A model generated the notes under the pieces. It worked only from the letters and a program-made list of their open reading frames with translations, did not search any database and was not told where the DNA came from. Shown here piece after piece: positions 59,835 through 64,000 of a DNA stretch of 64,000 nt. The stretch is from an uncultured delta proteobacterium (GTDB lineage Bacteria > Myxococcota_A > Polyangia > Polyangiales > Polyangiaceae): contig CAVOKF010000001.1 in the NCBI GenBank assembly GCA_963696385.1, positions 192,001 to 256,000 on the forward strand. Reading direction: 5' to 3'. Position numbers and translations under genes: made by a program. The first letter of the stretch is position 1, and each line of letters opens with the position of its first letter.

Positions 59835-61199
59835 TCAGCGCAAGTTCGACGCGTTCTTCCAGTGCTGGTCTTCGGAGCTCAGGGAGCCGTTTCCGAACAG
59901 GTACCGGAGGGTCAAGCTCGACTGAATGCCAAAAGGTGCCGTGTATCCCTGTTGTACCGCGGCGAGCATGCTCGCTTCGATTTCCTCCCGAGGATCGCTG
60001 TAGACTACGTTCGTGGGCTGAGCTTCGTTGACCGCTTTGTTGATTTGCTGCAGGCCGACCCACGGCGAGATGGTGAAGTTATCGGTGATGCGCCAGGTCG
60101 CCGACAGGCTCGCGGAGAAGCTGCGGTAATCGGCTTCCTCGATCAAGGCGGTTTCTCCGAGAGCGCCCGACACGTCGACCGGCGCGAAGTGCCAACTCAA
60201 GAAGATGTCGCAAAATTCACGTCCGACCATTTGATCGTCGATCCCTTGGATGTTCGTGACGTCGTAGCGCTCGAACTCGGGCCCGATCGCGCACCGGAAG
60301 CCGAAATTGCGCTGGTTTACCGTCTGCAACGGGACGAGATCGAACTCGACTCCGACCGACGCGTTCGCACGAAAATGGTAGTTGGCTTGCGGATTTTTCT
60401 CCGCGGACAGAAGCAGTCCGAGACTCCACCGCGTGTCCCCGGTGACCGCCCACGACAAGACGTTGGTCGCGTTTCCGCCCGCGAAATGAATGCTCGCCGT
60501 TTCCGAGGTGCCGGGAACCGGCTGGCTCTGCCGGCTGTAGTTTGCGCCGATCGATTGCTGGACCCTCCAGCCCGGTTCGGAATAGTTGAAGGACACGGTT
60601 GCGTTTCCTGCCGCGTTGATTCCCACCCCTTCGACATCGCTGAAGTACGTCCCGGCCGAGGGCACGACATACCACCGTAGGCTCTCTTGCTCCGGCCTTC
60701 CCGTATACGGGGGCGCTTGCGCCGGGTCGGCGACTTGGATGGTGAGCCGTCCGCCTTCGACCTTGGCTTCCGTCTTCTGTTCCATGAATTGAGCCAGGCC
60801 TCGTTCGAGCTTGGTCATGATGCGGACCGTCGCCGTCGTGGCGTCGATGCTGTCCGGGATCTTGTCGCTCGTCCGGACTTCGGTCGCGAAGCCGTTGACG
60901 TGCTTGCCGATGAAGCGGAACTCGAAGCGCGTGCCGCCCTCGGTGGGGACGCTCGTGAGCGAGACCACGACGCCAGCGTGTCTCGTGTCGCCCACCACGG
61001 TCAGAAACGGAATCTTGCTCGTGAGGCTGTTCTCGATGACCAAGCAGTCCACGCTGGCGCCCGGCAGATAACAGTCCCACTTCATCCGCAAATCGGCGCT
61101 TGCCGTCGGCGAGACGAACGTCGCGCAGATGGCCGCGAGGCGAGCGGTCCTTACCGCCCGGCCCCTCGGCCCGAAACCAGCGAACTCGACGAATCGCAT
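59835..61199 (-). CDS. Secreted, probable outer-membrane beta-barrel protein
   Basis: Signal ending ASA; alternating beta-strand pattern; C-terminal LRYLFGNG. Confidence 0.6.
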   Translation of the reverse strand: MRFVEFAGFGPRGRAVRTARLAAICATFVSPTASADLRMKWDCYLPGASVDCLVIENSLTSKIPFLTVVGDTRHAGVVVSLTSVPTEGGTRFEFRFIGKHVNGFATEVRTSDKIPDSIDATTATVRIMTKLERGLAQFMEQKTEAKVEGGRLTIQVADPAQAPPYTGRPEQESLRWYVVPSAGTYFSDVEGVGINAAGNATVSFNYSEPGWRVQQSIGANYSRQSQPVPGTSETASIHFAGGNATNVLSWAVTGDTRWSLGLLLSAEKNPQANYHFRANASVGVEFDLVPLQTVNQRNFGFRCAIGPEFERYDVTNIQGIDDQMVGREFCDIFLSWHFAPVDVSGALGETALIEEADYRSFSASLSATWRITDNFTISPWVGLQQINKAVNEAQPTNVVYSDPREEIEASMLAAVQQGYTAPFGIQSSLTLRYLFGNGSLSSEDQHWKNASNLR

Positions 61200-61574
61200 C
61201 CCGAGGACCAGTACCGGACGCGACCCGAGGCGTGAAGCGGGGCTGGGGTGGCTCCGATCGGTGGGGCCCCGGGAGCTGCCCCGTCGAACGGCAGTCCCTG
61301 GATCGGGGTCGTGAGGCAGAGGCGCAAGGACGGCACGACGTTCGAAGCCGACGTCGCGGCGATCGAGACGGGGGACACCGACCGGGCGGCCACGATGATC
61401 CTGACCCGCGCCCCCGCCACGGTGTTACCGCGCTCGACCGGTTCCGCGGTTCAGCCCAGGCCGGCGGACCACGATCGTGGACCCTCGACGAGGGCCCGAG
61501 CCTCAACCGGGCCTGGGCATCGACGAATCGGCCGCGTGCCCTCGGGCGGGTCGCCCGGGGCAACGCCGCTCCTC

Positions 61575-62129
61575 TCAGGGGGAAGACGGTCCGGCCTTCG
61601 CCTTCGCGAACGCCTGTGCAAGGTCCAGAATCTGCTTCGCGTCAGCCGGGGAAAATGCCGCGACGCCGATGACGAAACCGTCCTTCGCCGGCCGCACGTC
61701 GATGTCCAACATCGCTCCGGAGATCCAGAACGGGTCGTTCGGAGTCGGCTGCGTCTGCCCGAGGGTAACTCGGGCATTGTGGCACTCGAGCTCCCGGTCG
61801 AGCCACTCGGCCGTGACGCCGGGAAGCGCGTTGATGGTTATTTTTGCGCCTCGAAGCTTACTGGTCTCACCGGATTTATCGGAATCGAAGGTGCTGTAGA
61901 GCGGCTCGACCTGCTGCACGGCCTTGCCATCGAGAATCGGCGCGATGGCACTGTCGGTGACCTCCGGACCGCAACGTGTGCGATCCGTGAATGCCGCTTG
62001 ATCGGCGGGGCCCTTCGCCGGCTCGCCGCAGCCGGCCGCCAGCGCGGCCGAAAGGACGGCCGCAAGGGCAGCGGCCTTTGCTGAAAGATGCAGTGCCCGT
62101 CGTTCGCCAATGGTTTCAGGGGTGATCAT
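61575..62129 (-). CDS. Hypothetical lipoprotein
   Basis: GGAGG RBS; LAAGC lipobox; L.GA.I.I.A.PG.TAEWL.R.LECH. Confidence 0.7.
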   Translation of the reverse strand: MITPETIGERRALHLSAKAAALAAVLSAALAAGCGEPAKGPADQAAFTDRTRCGPEVTDSAIAPILDGKAVQQVEPLYSTFDSDKSGETSKLRGAKITINALPGVTAEWLDRELECHNARVTLGQTQPTPNDPFWISGAMLDIDVRPAKDGFVIGVAAFSPADAKQILDLAQAFAKAKAGPSSP

Positions 62130-62615
62130 GGTTCCTCCAACAATGCCCGCTCGAGATCGGCCATCGCGATCCCTCGATCGCGATCGCTCGTGAGACGGAT
62201 TCAGGATGGCTTCTCCCCTCGGATCCAGAGACCGTGTCACTCGATAAGGCCGGTGGAGCCGCGATCCGGGAAGCGATAGGCAAGCAGAACGACCGGGCCG
62301 AGCGGCCCTGGTGGGTGCGACCGCCGCGCGTGGCGCGGGCGGGCCATTCGCCTGTTCCGTATCCCACGAGGTCGCACCGTAGACGGCCTCAACATAAAAA
62401 GAGCGCAGATTAGCCGGATGTCGTTATAAAGAATTCATCGAATGAACTAACGCGCATTGACGCCATGCCGGCGATGTCGCGTTGAAACCATGCCGACGCA
62501 TTCGCCAGGCACTGCGGGGGGTCGGCGCGCCGCCTATTGGGCATTCGCCAAGGGTCCACGATGCGTGTCATGACGTCGGCAACCGGCCGTCGCGCGGACC
62601 GCCGGGTCAGGAACA

Positions 62616-63389
62616 TCACGGGTGGATCGTCGTCGATTTCGCGATGGCGGGGGTCGAGACGGCGCTATCGAGATCGATCCGCTCCTGAAGGATCCGCAGG
62701 GCGTCCGCCGGATCGTCGGCGAAGTCGAACAGTCGCAGGTCCTCGGCCAGGATCATGCCGCGGCGAACGAGGGCGTCGAAGTCGACGATTTCGTGCCAGT
62801 ACGAGGAGCCGTAAAGCAGCACGCAGATCCGCCGATCGAGCTTGCGAGTCTGCGCGAGCGTGAGCATCTCGAACACCTCATCGATCGTGCCGAAGCCGCC
62901 GGGAAAAGCGACGATGGCGCGTGCGAGGTGCGAAAACCAGAGTTTTCGCATGAAGAAGTAGTGGAACTGGAACGTCAGCTCCGGCACGAGGTAGGCATTC
63001 GGGCGCTGTTCGTGCGGCAGTCCGATGTTGAGGCCGATCGTGCGGCCCCCGGCTTCCACGGCGCCGCGGTTGGCCGCCTCCATGATTCCACCGCCGCCGC
63101 CCGAGCAGACGACGAGCCGATTTCGATCGCCGGGCAGCGATCGCGACCACTGGGTGACGATCCGCGCCAAGCGGCGTGCGTCCTCGTAGTAGCGCCCCAT
63201 GGGGCCGTCCTCTTGCAGCCGCGATGACCCGAGAAAGACCACCGTGTCGTGTACGCGCTCGCGGGTGAAGGCGGCGAGCGGTGCCAGGTATTCCGAGAGG
63301 ATCCGGACGGCGCGGGCATCGTCGCTCTCGAGAAAGTGTGCGTCGCGGTACGCAAGCGGTGGATCGGCACGTGAAACCGGGTCGGTCAT
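62616..63389 (-). CDS. LOG-family protein
   Basis: GGG.GIMEAANRGA, GLNI.LP.EQ.PN.Y, FHYFF.RK, PGGFGTIDE. Confidence 0.93.
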   Translation of the reverse strand: MTDPVSRADPPLAYRDAHFLESDDARAVRILSEYLAPLAAFTRERVHDTVVFLGSSRLQEDGPMGRYYEDARRLARIVTQWSRSLPGDRNRLVVCSGGGGGIMEAANRGAVEAGGRTIGLNIGLPHEQRPNAYLVPELTFQFHYFFMRKLWFSHLARAIVAFPGGFGTIDEVFEMLTLAQTRKLDRRICVLLYGSSYWHEIVDFDALVRRGMILAEDLRLFDFADDPADALRILQERIDLDSAVSTPAIAKSTTIHP

Positions 63390-63479
63390 GGTCGCCGGCC
63401 GAACGTAGCTTGTCGCGCGGGACCGTGACCATCACCGTTGTCGGTGCCCCGCCCATGGCTGCCTGGCCCGAACGTGTGC

Positions 63480-63613
63480 AACATCATGAGCCACGGGCTC
63501 GTGCTCGCGATCCTCGTTTCGCTCGCCGGCCTGCTCGTGCGGGTCCCGTCATGGCGTTCGGGCTTTTCGTGGGACGGGTCCAGGCCTACATCTTCGCGAT
63601 GCTCGCGACCGTG
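63480..63613 (+). pseudogene. Frameshifted C-terminal fragment of F0 ATP synthase subunit a
   Basis: NIMSHGLVLAILVSLAGLLVRVP / MAFGLFVGRVQAYIFAMLATV (QAYIF motif) with a 1-nt shift at about 63549. Confidence 0.65.
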
Positions 63614-63628
63614 ACCTCCGTCGCGAGA

Positions 63629-63976
63629 TCACGGCGTCGGTGCGGGCACCCATCCGCCCGGCACGAGCCGATAGGAGCCGTCCGGATCGTGCTCCCAGTG
63701 AGCGGGAGACCACGCGTAACCAGGCTGGAGTGCCATCCAGCGGCCCTCGATCCAGACCCACTGTTGGTTCTCGAGGGTCCAGTAGCCGGGCTGCCAGGCG
63801 TATCCGGGCCGCGGCTCCGGCACGTACACCACGCGCGGAGGGGGCGGCTGGGCTGCACTGACCACGGCCGCGGTCACGATGGCGGTGCCCACGATCGCAG
63901 GAAAAAGGCCGGCCCCGCGCACCATGCACGCCGAGCCCGCCCACGTCAGCAGGAAGAGAACAGGCGCCCATCTCAT
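63629..63976 (-). CDS. YXWGXW-repeat lipoprotein
   Basis: GSAC lipobox-like; PRPGYAWQPGYW...WVWIEGRW...PGYAWSPAHW...PGGW. Confidence 0.8.
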   Translation of the reverse strand: MRWAPVLFLLTWAGSACMVRGAGLFPAIVGTAIVTAAVVSAAQPPPPRVVYVPEPRPGYAWQPGYWTLENQQWVWIEGRWMALQPGYAWSPAHWEHDPDGSYRLVPGGWVPAPTP

Positions 63977-64000
63977 GGCCGCCTCGGCTGCAAGAAGCGT

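Overview
High-GC window whose gene content (Hanks kinases, many lipoproteins, hybrid kinases, sigma-54 signatures) suggests a Myxococcota/Polyangiaceae-like genome; this assignment is an inference. Positions 8-3679 are a complete IS66-family element with 23-bp imperfect terminal inverted repeats and a CATCATCG target duplication (7 of 8 bases visible on the left). It has an unusual convergent layout (DUF4338/DruA-like gene + tnpC versus tnpA + tnpB) and is inserted into the 3' end of an IS1634-family transposase. Most of 5.4-52.7 kb is a stress and carbon-metabolism island: tal-pgi, tpiA, gnd, zwf, rpiB, CsbD, two PRC-barrel paralogs, Usp, GlsB/YeaQ, DUF4142, a PA2169-like protein, an HlyD/ABC exporter and many two-component proteins. 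Most of its transcription units carry a sigma-54 -24/-12 motif, and its intergenic spaces hold many small gene relics (OmpA x2, kinase ectodomain, PPK2, Cgs/NdvB), with more near the right end (response regulator start, PAC motif, ATP synthase subunit a). The right end encodes a GH30 lipoprotein, Fur, a Lys/Ala/Pro-repeat protein with a duplicated domain, GreA, a lower-GC SET-domain protein and a LOG protein. No CRISPR, rRNA or tRNA was seen. All family calls come from motif recognition by eye, not database searches.
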